Shown one piece after another: positions 8,380-17,506 of a stretch of DNA of 49,074 nucleotides; positions within the stretch are counted from its first letter, which is position 1; the number at the start of each line of letters is the position of its first letter. The notes under the pieces are model-generated. The model was not told the origin of the DNA, did no database searches, and saw only the letters and a program-made list of their open reading frames with translations. Source of the stretch: Promethearchaeota archaeon (GTDB lineage: Archaea; Asgardarchaeota; Lokiarchaeia; Sigyniarchaeales; SOKP01); NCBI GenBank assembly GCA_004524365.1, contig SDNL01000002.1:1-49074 (forward strand), given 5' to 3'. A program made the position numbers and the translations under genes.

Positions 8380-9642
8380 TTAGAAGAATTGAATAATATT
8401 TAAGTAAAACAAGAAAATTGAAAGGAGGATTGCCAATGGGAACACAATGTAATAAAATTTTGTTTTGAACGGTCTTTCTAGGATAGGCATTTTTATTCTT
8501 AAATAAAGCGCTATTATCCCAGCGGGTAACATTGCAGATATTAAAACAATTCCAATCCCTGTAGCTGCGAAAATATCAACAATTAATCCTTCTGTTAAGG
8601 GGATCAACAGAGTCATTATACTCCCAATTATTACTACAAGAATAATAGTAACTCCAATATTAGCAATATGATAGCCCTTTTTAGTTTTATTGAATATTTT
8701 TGGTAGACTATCGTCTCGAGCCATTACTCTTAGTTGATGAATACAAGTGGCTAAAACTGCAAAACAAGTCCCTGCTGCTGAAAAGGCCGCAAAGAATGAA
8801 AGGATAGGGGTTGGGATCCCTGTATTTGAAGCAATAATAACAAAAGGATTGGAAGTTCCCAGATCATTAATTCCTACTAGACTTGATGCTCCTAAGGTGA
8901 CTAAAATATAAACACCTAAAATTGAGAGCAAAGCTATTAAAATTCCTATTGACATTTTAAGATTTCCTTTAATCAATGAATCCTTTTTATTTAATTCTTC
9001 AGTAAAAATCAACATTACTTCAAACCCTAATAAAGCCCAAATAGAAAGGTTTATAGTTTCTTGGAAACCAGAGAAAGTCAATTCATTTACAGAATAATTA
9101 GCTACATCTGCATTCAAAAGCATCAAAATAGATACAATTATTAAAAAGACTATCTTTATTAAAACCCATCCAAGCGCCAAAAAACCAAAAAGACGAGGCG
9201 AAACGATTCCTGATAATAATCCGAAGAGAATTAAAAAGAGCAGAGTAAAAACGACCAACATTAAATTATCTTGAACACCAAAAATCCCTAATGTAAAATT
9301 TGCAGTTAAAAAAGCTAAAAGAGAAGAGATAAATAAATAACCGATATAATATAAAATTCCAACTAAGGTTCCCCACTTTTTATTAACTGCGCCTCCTACA
9401 TAAGAATATGGGCCACCACTCTTGGGAAACATACTAACACATTCAGCATACGACAACCCTGCAGTTAGAAATAATAGCCAACTTATTACAACGGCCAATA
9501 TTGAAAAAATACCAGAACTATTTGCCCACTTGAGAGGATCTCTCCAAATTCCTGATCCAATAACTGTAGTCATACCGATTGCGATGATTCCTAAAAAATT
9601 AATCTTATTTTTATTTTGTTTTTGAGATTCGTTATTAGACAT
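8380..9642 (-). CDS. APC-superfamily amino-acid permease
   Basis: 420 aa with about 12 hydrophobic segments and the N-terminal GIIAIGMTTVIGSGIW motif typical of APC transporters. Confidence 0.75.
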   Translation of the reverse strand: MSNNESQKQNKNKINFLGIIAIGMTTVIGSGIWRDPLKWANSSGIFSILAVVISWLLFLTAGLSYAECVSMFPKSGGPYSYVGGAVNKKWGTLVGILYYIGYLFISSLLAFLTANFTLGIFGVQDNLMLVVFTLLFLILFGLLSGIVSPRLFGFLALGWVLIKIVFLIIVSILMLLNADVANYSVNELTFSGFQETINLSIWALLGFEVMLIFTEELNKKDSLIKGNLKMSIGILIALLSILGVYILVTLGASSLVGINDLGTSNPFVIIASNTGIPTPILSFFAAFSAAGTCFAVLATCIHQLRVMARDDSLPKIFNKTKKGYHIANIGVTIILVVIIGSIMTLLIPLTEGLIVDIFAATGIGIVLISAMLPAGIIALYLRIKMPILERPFKTKFYYIVFPLAILLSIFLFYLNIIQFF

Positions 9643-9822
9643 AGAATAATATATGTTTCTTTATTATTTAAAGCTTTCTTTGAAATATTTGTTTGAAATA
9701 AATATGAATAATAACGATTCAAGGAATTTACTTATGATTCATCCAATTATAATAAGTAGAATAGAAATTAGAATTTAAATAAAAAAATATAATAAAAATG
9801 TGTTAATTATTTTTGGAGATTT

Positions 9823-10491
9823 TCATATTTTCTTGTTTTTCTTTTCTTCTCGAATATATTCGGGTTTTATTTTCGTAACTCTTGTCATGATCTTTGCTTG
9901 TAATTTGAGTATGATTTTCTCAATCTCTTCAGAAGGGACGGTAATGTTAAAATTATATATGGGTTCTTTATCTTCATCTGGTTCTGGTTCAGCATTAATG
10001 AATTTTACGTCCTTAGTCTGTTTAAAACTTATAACTAAGTTAATTACACTACTAAGTTTATTCTCTATTGTGATTTTTCTAGTTATTTCATCATATCGAG
10101 TTCGCACTTCTACATGTTCTTTCGGTTTTATAGCATCTTCAAATGAAATTTTGGGGTTTCCTTCTTTTATTTCAATAATATCATCATTTATTTCAATATC
10201 AGCATCAATAATTTCTTCGGAAAGAATTTTATTACCTATGGTCGCCGAGGTGGAAAGAAATAGAAAAGGTAATCCCCCCTTATAGAGAGTGAGGGGTGAA
10301 CCGCTTGGGAGTTCTTTAGGCTCTCCCTTCTTATTCAAAACATATTTTATTTTACAATCATGGATATGTTTATTATTTGAAACGGATGTTGCATTGTATT
10401 GTATATCCGCTTTACGGTCAATTTTAAAATCCGCATCAGTTTTAAACCATTCTAATTTTATTTTCTTACGAGACGGAATGTTTGCTTTCAT
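9823..10491 (-). CDS. DUF4139-like C-terminal-part protein
   Basis: LTLYKGGLPFLFLSTSATIGNKILSEEIIDADIEI resembles the distal part of DUF4139 proteins. The ATG at 10491 is preceded by GAGGTG with a 6-nt spacer. The ORF track uses the GTG at 10500. Confidence 0.5.
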   Translation of the reverse strand: MKANIPSRKKIKLEWFKTDADFKIDRKADIQYNATSVSNNKHIHDCKIKYVLNKKGEPKELPSGSPLTLYKGGLPFLFLSTSATIGNKILSEEIIDADIEINDDIIEIKEGNPKISFEDAIKPKEHVEVRTRYDEITRKITIENKLSSVINLVISFKQTKDVKFINAEPEPDEDKEPIYNFNITVPSEEIEKIILKLQAKIMTRVTKIKPEYIREEKKNKKI

Positions 10492-10496
10492 TTTTT

Positions 10497-10503
10497 TCAC
10501 CTC
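10497..10503 (-). promoter_or_regulatory. Shine-Dalgarno motif GAGGTGA for the downstream gene
   Basis: The reverse complement of tcacctc (10497-10503) is GAGGTGA. It overlaps the TGA stop (10502-10504) of the upstream gene, and an ATG lies at 10491. Confidence 0.55.
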
Positions 10504-11251
10504 ATAATGTTAAATTTTTCATTCTTTGTGTTTTTTTCATTCGATTTAATTCGCTCATCATTTCATTTCTTAGGCCAGATAATTGTTCTTGGTTTATAGA
10601 TGTGGGTTCCATTGGAGGGCTCCCAGGAGCTCTAGTACCGATTGATTGTCTTGTAGGAAGTTCAAAAATCGCGAATCCAAGTTCCACATTTTCATATGAA
10701 AAACTTGTTTGATTATTAACTACGAGATAGGCTTCAAGTTCAGCCGAGTTTCCATCATCCCTAACATTTACATTTAATGTTGTCTCCCATCTAATACGTA
10801 AATCGGTGATAAAATATTGAATCTGTACAATTACTTCACCCTCTTTCTTCGCATTGATTATAAAATCAAATGCCCCCTTCATATCATCGTAGGTTCTGTA
10901 TTTACTAGCTTCACAAAGACGATTTATATCCTCTCTAATTTCTCTTGTAAAATCAATTGATTGCGAAATAATGGTATTTGCTGCACTTTTCTCTCTATTG
11001 ATAATTTGACGAGTGGTTTCTGGATCGGGTAAGGAAACAACAGTTTGTTGAAGGTTAAACAAATCTTTATCTTGTTCTGGGTTTAAATAATTTAATTTAA
11101 CACTTGCGGAGTTGGGATCAAATGAAGCGGGAATGTTTTGAATTTGAAATTCGTTTGTGCCCCTTTGAAGGCTTACTTTTATTTCTCGTTCGACAATACC
11201 GCCACCGTGGTTAAAAATTATTAACTTTTTCACTTTTGGGTCGATTAACAT
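10502..11251 (-). CDS. DUF4140/DUF4139-like N-terminal-part protein
   Basis: The N-terminus (KLIIFNHGGGIVEREIKVSLQRGTNEFQIQNIPASFDPNSASVKL) fits the DUF4140 pattern. IRWETTLNVNV......LEAYLVVNNQTSFSYENVELGF fits the start of DUF4139. Confidence 0.5.
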   Translation of the reverse strand: MLIDPKVKKLIIFNHGGGIVEREIKVSLQRGTNEFQIQNIPASFDPNSASVKLNYLNPEQDKDLFNLQQTVVSLPDPETTRQIINREKSAANTIISQSIDFTREIREDINRLCEASKYRTYDDMKGAFDFIINAKKEGEVIVQIQYFITDLRIRWETTLNVNVRDDGNSAELEAYLVVNNQTSFSYENVELGFAIFELPTRQSIGTRAPGSPPMEPTSINQEQLSGLRNEMMSELNRMKKTQRMKNLTL

Positions 11252-11363
11252 AGCTTTTATCTAATTACACTTTTTTATGATTAATCAATAAATAGAATGA
11301 ATAATTTAAAAATGTATTATATAAAAACACCAAAAGTTAATATTTCAAACAAGAATTTAGCAA

Positions 11364-12233
11364 TCAATCCTTTCTTAAAGGCATACCTTCCATAGAAATA
11401 AATTCTTCTTTTTCTGGTTTGATGCAGCGGTAAGGATTTTCCTCTTCCCTTATTTTACGCCCAAAAGTTAGATATCCTGAATGACCAATCATTCTACTCT
11501 TAGGTCTAGTGGCGTTTTCCTTGATTTGCATTTCTCTCATTAATAATTCAACAGTTTTTATTTCTATAAATTCATTATCTCTAAGAGCTTGAGTGGTCTT
11601 TTTAGCTTGCTCAATAGTGGGTGAAAAGGATACTAAAGAGCCACTTAACTTTAAAAAGGGTCTAATTTTTTCAATGGTTGCCCATGGAGTTGGCATATCT
11701 AACACTACTGCATCTATATTTTTATGGTTAATATCGCCTTTAAAGATATTTCCATATTTAACGGAAACTATTTCTTCCAGACCTGCTTTTTTTATGTTAT
11801 TTTTTGCTTGTCGCAGGGACTTTTCTCTAATATCATAGGAAAAAACCCTTCCGTTCGGCTTTACATAATTTCCTAAGATACATGTTAGAGCTCCTGAACC
11901 AGCTCCTATTTCAATTATATTCCAACCGGGCCCAATACCAGTATACATTAAAATTAGTCCTGCATCCTTGGGATAAATAATTTGAGTCTTTCGGTGCATA
12001 TGAACTACAAATTCAGAAGGAAGGGGTTCGAGCACTCGAAATTTATATCCTTGTTCATCATGAGGTCTCGAAAATACGCATGATCCATAGGGTTTACCAA
12101 TAATATCATCGAATTCAATGATTCCTTTATGTGTATGAAATGATTCCCCTTCTCTAGCTTGAACGACCCATCTCCGTCTCTCATCAAGAATTAAAAAGAG
12201 AAAATCATTGTTTTTAATAGTTTTTGATTCCAT
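11364..12233 (-). CDS. trmI: tRNA (adenine-N1)-methyltransferase (TrmI/Trm61 family)
   Basis: HTHKGIIEFDDIIGKPYG, IIYPKDAG, SAM motif EIGAGSGALT, and VVLDMPTPW. Start moved to the ATG at 12233. The longer ORF (to 12401) adds 56 low-complexity residues and overlaps the divergent gene at 12363. Confidence 0.8.
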   Translation of the reverse strand: MESKTIKNNDFLFLILDERRRWVVQAREGESFHTHKGIIEFDDIIGKPYGSCVFSRPHDEQGYKFRVLEPLPSEFVVHMHRKTQIIYPKDAGLILMYTGIGPGWNIIEIGAGSGALTCILGNYVKPNGRVFSYDIREKSLRQAKNNIKKAGLEEIVSVKYGNIFKGDINHKNIDAVVLDMPTPWATIEKIRPFLKLSGSLVSFSPTIEQAKKTTQALRDNEFIEIKTVELLMREMQIKENATRPKSRMIGHSGYLTFGRKIREEENPYRCIKPEKEEFISMEGMPLRKD

Positions 12234-12362
12234 ATTTAATTGAGAAGAACTACTTTTATATATATTTAAATAATTCAAAAAGAAAAAATTTAGTCCTTTT
12301 TGATCGATAAAATTTAAGTTTAATTGTAAATTTTCACCCTTAAGAATATTTGATGACTCTTT

Positions 12363-13223
12363 ATGAATCAACAAAATAACCTTCAATCTCAGATTAGTCA
12401 AGCTAAAAATAAAAGAGATGAACTAAATCAAAAAACGAAAGATTATATCAAATCTCTTCAAGAGGTTGAGACAGAGATTCAAGAAGCTCTCGATCAAGCT
12501 AAGCAATTGAAGGAGAAGAGAAATCGGTGGAATGAACGTGTTGCGAAGTTAAAGGATAAAAAAATCGAATATAAAAACTTATTAAGTGACTTAATCAGTG
12601 AAAATAAGCAATTAGGCGGAAATAGAAGGCAGAGAGAAGCGGATTATATATCCGGAAAAAAGATTGATAAAAAAATCGAAAACCTAGAACGACAAATTGA
12701 AACAGAAAATCTCACAATTGCCGAAGAAAATGATATTGTAAATCAAATCCAAGAATTAGCACAAAAGAAAAAAGAATTATTAGAAGTTGACACCAATCAA
12801 GAAGTTTTAAAAAATGAGAAAAAAATAGAGATTGTAAAGATTAATTTAGATAAGATTTACGAGCAATTGAATAAATGGAGCAATAAGAGCCAGAAATATC
12901 ATAAAAGAATGCTGGAGCAATATGATAAAGTCGATGAATTAAAAGAGAAAAAAAATAATATCGAAGAAGGTCTTATAGAAAACAAGAAGAAAGCTGATGA
13001 TTATCATGAGAAATTTATCCAATTGCGCAGAAAACAGAAGAAAACTTCTGGTGGACGTCCATCCTCTCGTAGAAAATCGAGAAGACGATATCATAAGAAA
13101 AGGGATAAGGAATTAGAGAAAATTAAGCAAGACAAATTAGAAACCGCCTTGAAAAAACAAAAAGAAGGAAAAAAGCTCAATATTTACGAAGCTCGCCTCA
13201 TTTTAGAAAAAAATAAGCAATAA
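12363..13223 (+). CDS. archaeal coiled-coil protein (COG1340-like), basic C-terminal tail
   Basis: 286 aa, K/E/Q-rich heptad-type sequence throughout, with an RRKSRRRYHKKR tail. Confidence 0.55.
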   Translation: MNQQNNLQSQISQAKNKRDELNQKTKDYIKSLQEVETEIQEALDQAKQLKEKRNRWNERVAKLKDKKIEYKNLLSDLISENKQLGGNRRQREADYISGKKIDKKIENLERQIETENLTIAEENDIVNQIQELAQKKKELLEVDTNQEVLKNEKKIEIVKINLDKIYEQLNKWSNKSQKYHKRMLEQYDKVDELKEKKNNIEEGLIENKKKADDYHEKFIQLRRKQKKTSGGRPSSRRKSRRRYHKKRDKELEKIKQDKLETALKKQKEGKKLNIYEARLILEKNKQ

Positions 13224-13422
13224 GACTTACCAGTTCATTTCTTTTTAGTTAAATCTTTTTATTGTTTTTATTTAATCTTAAAGCGATTAAATAGTATTAA
13301 TGAATATACTTACAATACTATCTAGGGTTTGTTAAAAAAATTTTATTTAATATCCTACGCTAATTAAAGTATCATTTTTATAACGTATATTAAGAAAAAG
13401 AATATAAAATAAATTGAAACAT

Positions 13423-14748
13423 ATGACTAATCGAATTCGCTCAATTTTAGAAAAGCACACTGAGATGATACAAAATGCCATACCTCTCATAGCTTCTGAA
13501 AATATTACGAGTCCAGCGGTTGATGAGGCATGTAATTCCGATTTCAGCCATAGGTATGCCGAAGGCTGGACGGGGAACAGGGTCTATGCAGGCTGTAAAT
13601 ATATCGACGAAGTAGAGGCATTATGCATGGATCTTACAAAAGATTATTTTGAATGTATCCACGCAGATGTCAGACCAGTGTCTGGTGTGATGGCAAATTT
13701 AGTTCTCTATAATGCATTCACTTCAAGAAATAATGGTAAATTATGCTGTATGTCCATACCTAAAGGAGGACATATTTCTCATGGGCCCTATAGAGCCACA
13801 TCTGGTAGAAAAGTTTATGGAACAGCAGGAACCGTGAGAGGGTTAGAGATCCAATATTTGGCATTTGATGAGGAAAATATGAATATAGATCCTGATGAAT
13901 CGGCAAAAATCATAAGAGAATTTGAACCAGAAATGGTTATGTTTGGAGCATCCGTATTTCTTTTTCCACATCCCGTTAAGGAATTAAGTGATGTAGCAAA
14001 AGAAGTAGGAGCATATGTGGGATATGATGCGGCTCATGTAGCTGGTTTAATTGGTTCTGGATATTTTCAAGATCCTTTGAGAGAAGGGGCTGATGCGATG
14101 TCATTAAGTACCCATAAAACCCTCCCAGGACCTCAACATGGAGCAGTACTCTCTAATCGAGAAGATTTAGTTAAGAAATTACGACATGCGGCATTTCCTG
14201 CACTCTTTTCAAATCATCATCTTCATAATGTAGCAGGGCTAGCCGTAGCAATAGAAGAAATGCTTGAATATGGTAAAACATATCATAAACAGGTAATAGA
14301 AAATGCTCAAGCATTTGCACAAGCTCTTTATGAGAGGGGGTTTAATGTATTATGCGAACATAAGGGTTTTACTGAATCTCATCAAATTGTAGTAGATATA
14401 ACTGGATTTAAAGATACAGTGGGTCTTGGAGGAGATATAGAAAGTATTTTGGAAGAAGCAAATATCATTATAAACCGTAATTTATTACCATGGGATATCC
14501 GAGAGGGGAGGCACTATATGAATCCGGGGGGATTAAGGTTGGGAACAAGTGAAGTTACGAGGTTAGGAATGGGAAAGAATGAAATGGTAGATATAGCGGA
14601 ATTTTTCAAACAAATAATAATTGATGGAAAAGATCCAAAAGAAGTTAAAAAGGATGTGAAAGCTTTCCGAGACGATTTTCAAGAAATCAATTATTGCTTT
14701 CAAGAATCACCTAAACCAAAAGCTTATGAATATATTAAATTTTATTAA
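13423..14748 (+). CDS. glyA: serine hydroxymethyltransferase
   Basis: LIASENITSPAV and the PLP-lysine motif STHKTLPGPQHG. ATG at 13423; the ORF track starts at a TTG three codons upstream. Confidence 0.9.
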   Translation: MTNRIRSILEKHTEMIQNAIPLIASENITSPAVDEACNSDFSHRYAEGWTGNRVYAGCKYIDEVEALCMDLTKDYFECIHADVRPVSGVMANLVLYNAFTSRNNGKLCCMSIPKGGHISHGPYRATSGRKVYGTAGTVRGLEIQYLAFDEENMNIDPDESAKIIREFEPEMVMFGASVFLFPHPVKELSDVAKEVGAYVGYDAAHVAGLIGSGYFQDPLREGADAMSLSTHKTLPGPQHGAVLSNREDLVKKLRHAAFPALFSNHHLHNVAGLAVAIEEMLEYGKTYHKQVIENAQAFAQALYERGFNVLCEHKGFTESHQIVVDITGFKDTVGLGGDIESILEEANIIINRNLLPWDIREGRHYMNPGGLRLGTSEVTRLGMGKNEMVDIAEFFKQIIIDGKDPKEVKKDVKAFRDDFQEINYCFQESPKPKAYEYIKFY

Positions 14749-14776
14749 ACTATTAGATCATTAAAAAAGTGAGAAA

Positions 14777-15187
14777 ATGGAATTCAATATTGAACATGTC
14801 GGCCCCATAACTGGAGCAATTATTAGTTTTATAGGCACCATTCTTATTTTTATAGCCACAATCGGGTTATTCTTAGATTGGACCGCAATTAACACTTTAG
14901 ATGCTTTTATTTTTCGAATTTTATCCATAGGAATTTCATTAACAATCGTATTCTTCAGTTCACTTGGGTTCTATTTTCAACTTGATAATATTGGCGATAA
15001 ATTCACCGGTAGCCTTAATTTAGTGTTCGGTTTTATCGCAATTTTTTTATCATTTATTGGCTCTGTGTTTAATATTGATTTGGTTTCTTATTCATTTGGA
15101 ATTATTGTCCCCACCACCTCAATGAATCTAATTTTTTCATTGGACGGTATTTTTATTATGGTTGGAGGCGCGGTGGGACTTTTATAA
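14777..15187 (+). CDS. small integral membrane protein (about 4 TM)
   Basis: 136-aa hydrophobic ORF 28 nt after glyA on the same strand. No family recognised. Confidence 0.5.
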   Translation: MEFNIEHVGPITGAIISFIGTILIFIATIGLFLDWTAINTLDAFIFRILSIGISLTIVFFSSLGFYFQLDNIGDKFTGSLNLVFGFIAIFLSFIGSVFNIDLVSYSFGIIVPTTSMNLIFSLDGIFIMVGGAVGLL

Positions 15188-15307
15188 ATTCATCTGATCT
15201 AAAAGGAATATTGAATTATTTTTAGCAACAAAATTTATCTTGTATGGTTCTTTTATTAAAATAACTATATTTTTTAATTAATTTATTATGAAGTTATAGT
15301 GCAAATT

Positions 15308-16138
15308 ATGGAACTTAAAATTCTAGAAAAAAATGAGTTTAATTTAACTTTCCAAATTTCAGATATCTCAATTGAGATGATCAATGCGTTAAGGAGAATT
15401 ATGATGAGTTGGATTCCTTGTTTTGCTGTTGATGAGGTTATAATTCTTAAAAATGATTCCACTTTATATGATGATATTTTAGCCCATAGAATTGGATTAA
15501 TTCCCCTTAAAACGGATTTGGAAGCATATAATTTACCGGAGGATTGCGAATGTGGAGGGACAGGTTGCCCTCAATGTCAAGTATCTCTTACGTGTGAAAT
15601 TCAAAATGATTCCAATGACATACTTACAATTTATTCTGGTGATTTAGAAACTAATGATCCCAATATAGTTCCTACTAGTCCGAACATTCCTATTGCTGAA
15701 ATCGGAAAAGATTCAGGTCTTACTTTTGAGGCTTATGCAATATTAGGACGAGCAAAGGATCATGTCAAATGGCAAAGTGTATCAAACGTTTTTTACAGAA
15801 AGAAACCTATAATCGAATTTGATGATTCTAAATGTAAGGGATGCCCTGATAAGTGTATTGTTTCGAGAATGTGTCCCGAAAAGCTTTTTGAGTATTCAGA
15901 TAATTCTTCCCCAACGCTGAAGAAAGATGCCTGGCAAAAATGTACTCTATGCAAATCTTGTGAAGATAATTGTCCCAATGATGCCGTTACAATAGGGAGC
16001 GAAGATAATGCCTATATTTTTTATATCGAAAGCGATGGAGTTCTGACATTTAAAACCATTATTGAAAAAACTTTCGAAATTCTTGATGACAATATAGTTG
16101 AATTTTCCGAGAAACTGGAAACCGTGGAAATAGAATAG
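15308..16138 (+). CDS. rpoD: DNA-directed RNA polymerase subunit D (Rpo3) with ferredoxin-like Fe-S domain
   Basis: INALRRIMMSWIPCFAVDEVII...ILAHRIGLIPL is the RBP3/alpha-like dimerisation domain. The inserted Cys clusters are CKGCPDKCIVSRMCP and CTLCKSCEDNCP. Confidence 0.85.
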   Translation: MELKILEKNEFNLTFQISDISIEMINALRRIMMSWIPCFAVDEVIILKNDSTLYDDILAHRIGLIPLKTDLEAYNLPEDCECGGTGCPQCQVSLTCEIQNDSNDILTIYSGDLETNDPNIVPTSPNIPIAEIGKDSGLTFEAYAILGRAKDHVKWQSVSNVFYRKKPIIEFDDSKCKGCPDKCIVSRMCPEKLFEYSDNSSPTLKKDAWQKCTLCKSCEDNCPNDAVTIGSEDNAYIFYIESDGVLTFKTIIEKTFEILDDNIVEFSEKLETVEIE

Positions 16139-16218
16139 TAAATTATAAAATTTTATTAAATTTGAATGACTAATAAATATAAACCTATCTTAATAGAAAT
16201 AAACGAGTTGACGTTTAA

Positions 16219-16575
16219 GTGAGTCATAGAATAACAGGTCCTTCTAACTATTACATACGCAAATTGATACGAGATCTATGGAAATCGAAGATCTCTATTT
16301 GGAGAGTCATATCCAAAAAGTTATCAGGTTCAAGAAAAGACCGAGTCGAAGCGAATCTAAAAAGGATAAATAACAAGACAAACGAAAATGATATAATAAT
16401 AGTTCCTGGAAAAATATTAGGCGTGGGGGAATTAGACCATTCATTAACAATTGGCTGTTTAGATTGTTCAAAATCAGCTAGGAATAAGATAAAAGACTCA
16501 GGAAGCACACTATTATCAATCAGAGAGCTATTTGAAAAATACCCAAATGGGAGTAATGTGAAAATATTCTATTAA
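16219..16575 (+). CDS. rpl18e: 50S ribosomal protein L18e
   Basis: TGPSNYYIRKLIRDLWK...VPGKILGVGELDH. The GTG start follows an in-frame TAA directly. Canonical position after rpoD. Confidence 0.8.
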   Translation: MSHRITGPSNYYIRKLIRDLWKSKISIWRVISKKLSGSRKDRVEANLKRINNKTNENDIIIVPGKILGVGELDHSLTIGCLDCSKSARNKIKDSGSTLLSIRELFEKYPNGSNVKIFY

Positions 16576-16607
16576 AAGGATTTAATAAACAATTAAATGT
16601 GAGATTA

Positions 16608-17078
16608 ATGCCAGATTTTTATTATATAATCGATGCAACAAATAAGATTATGGGTCGAATGTGCACACAAGTTGCGAAGCAAGCGTTATTAGGATATCAT
16701 ATTGTTATCATAAATGCAAAGGATACTATAATTAGTGGGACCAAGAGAGAAATATTTGAACATTATTTAGACAAGCTTAACATTTCTACATCTACAAATC
16801 CTCGTCGAGGGCCATTTCATAAAAGACGTCCTGATACCTTTTTAAAACGAGTTATTACTCAAATGCTTCCTAAGAAGACAATCAGAGGAAAAGAAGCGGC
16901 TAAAAGAGTTCATGTCTATATTAGCGAAATTCCGGAGCGATTTAAAAAGAGATATCCTAATCTTAAGGAGTTAAAATTACAAAATTGTGAAAAAGAACGA
17001 CTTAAATATTACAATAAAATAATATCATTAGAAAATCTCTGCGATCGAATTGGATCGTGGAAAAAAGCTGAGGTATAA
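16608..17078 (+). CDS. rpl13: 50S ribosomal protein uL13
   Basis: IIDATNKIMGRMCTQVAKQAL.G..IVIINA and PRRGPFHKRRPD. ATG at 16608. Confidence 0.85.
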   Translation: MPDFYYIIDATNKIMGRMCTQVAKQALLGYHIVIINAKDTIISGTKREIFEHYLDKLNISTSTNPRRGPFHKRRPDTFLKRVITQMLPKKTIRGKEAAKRVHVYISEIPERFKKRYPNLKELKLQNCEKERLKYYNKIISLENLCDRIGSWKKAEV

Positions 17079-17083
17079 TATAA

Positions 17084-17494
17084 ATGTCATCTGTTGTTAT
17101 TCAATCATCGGGAAAAAGAAAAGAAGCAATTGCCAGAGCAGTATTAAAGTATCCCGCGAAAGGAGAAATTTTAATAAACAACGTCCCTCTTGAAATATTT
17201 CAACCTGAAATGTCTAAACTACGAATTATGGAAGTGTTAGAGATAATCAATGATGAAAAAGTTGATAAATGTAATATCAACGTTAAAGTCAAAGGTGGAG
17301 GAATTGGTGGGCAAACAGATGCTGTTCGGTTTGCTATCGCCCGAGTAATCAATGAGTTTTTGGGATCAAAAAAAGTGGAGAATTTATTACGAGAATACGA
17401 TGATGCTTTATTGAGCGGGGATTTCCGCCGAACAGAACCAAAAAAATTTGGTGGAAAGAAAGCAAGAGCACGAAGACAAAAGTCTTTCCGTTAA
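17084..17494 (+). CDS. rps9: 30S ribosomal protein uS9
   Basis: GKRKEAIARA, GGGIGGQTDAVRFAIARV, and C-terminal KARARRQKSFR. GAGGT lies 9 nt upstream (17070-17074). Confidence 0.9.
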   Translation: MSSVVIQSSGKRKEAIARAVLKYPAKGEILINNVPLEIFQPEMSKLRIMEVLEIINDEKVDKCNINVKVKGGGIGGQTDAVRFAIARVINEFLGSKKVENLLREYDDALLSGDFRRTEPKKFGGKKARARRQKSFR

Positions 17495-17506
17495 AAAAAT
17501 CTGTGC

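Noticed and set aside
10495-10505. Programmed +1 frameshift or TGA read-through joining ORFs 10502-11251 and 9823-10500
   Set aside because: A strong GAGGTGA motif with proper spacing to an ATG (10491) explains the junction as ordinary translational coupling of two genes. No slippery sequence is evident. It is kept as something to verify against orthologs.
12234-12401. 56-aa N-terminal extension of the TrmI ORF
   Set aside because: The extension is N/L/K-rich with no homology pattern and overlaps the divergent coiled-coil gene start at 12363. The family-typical N-terminus begins at the ATG at 12233.
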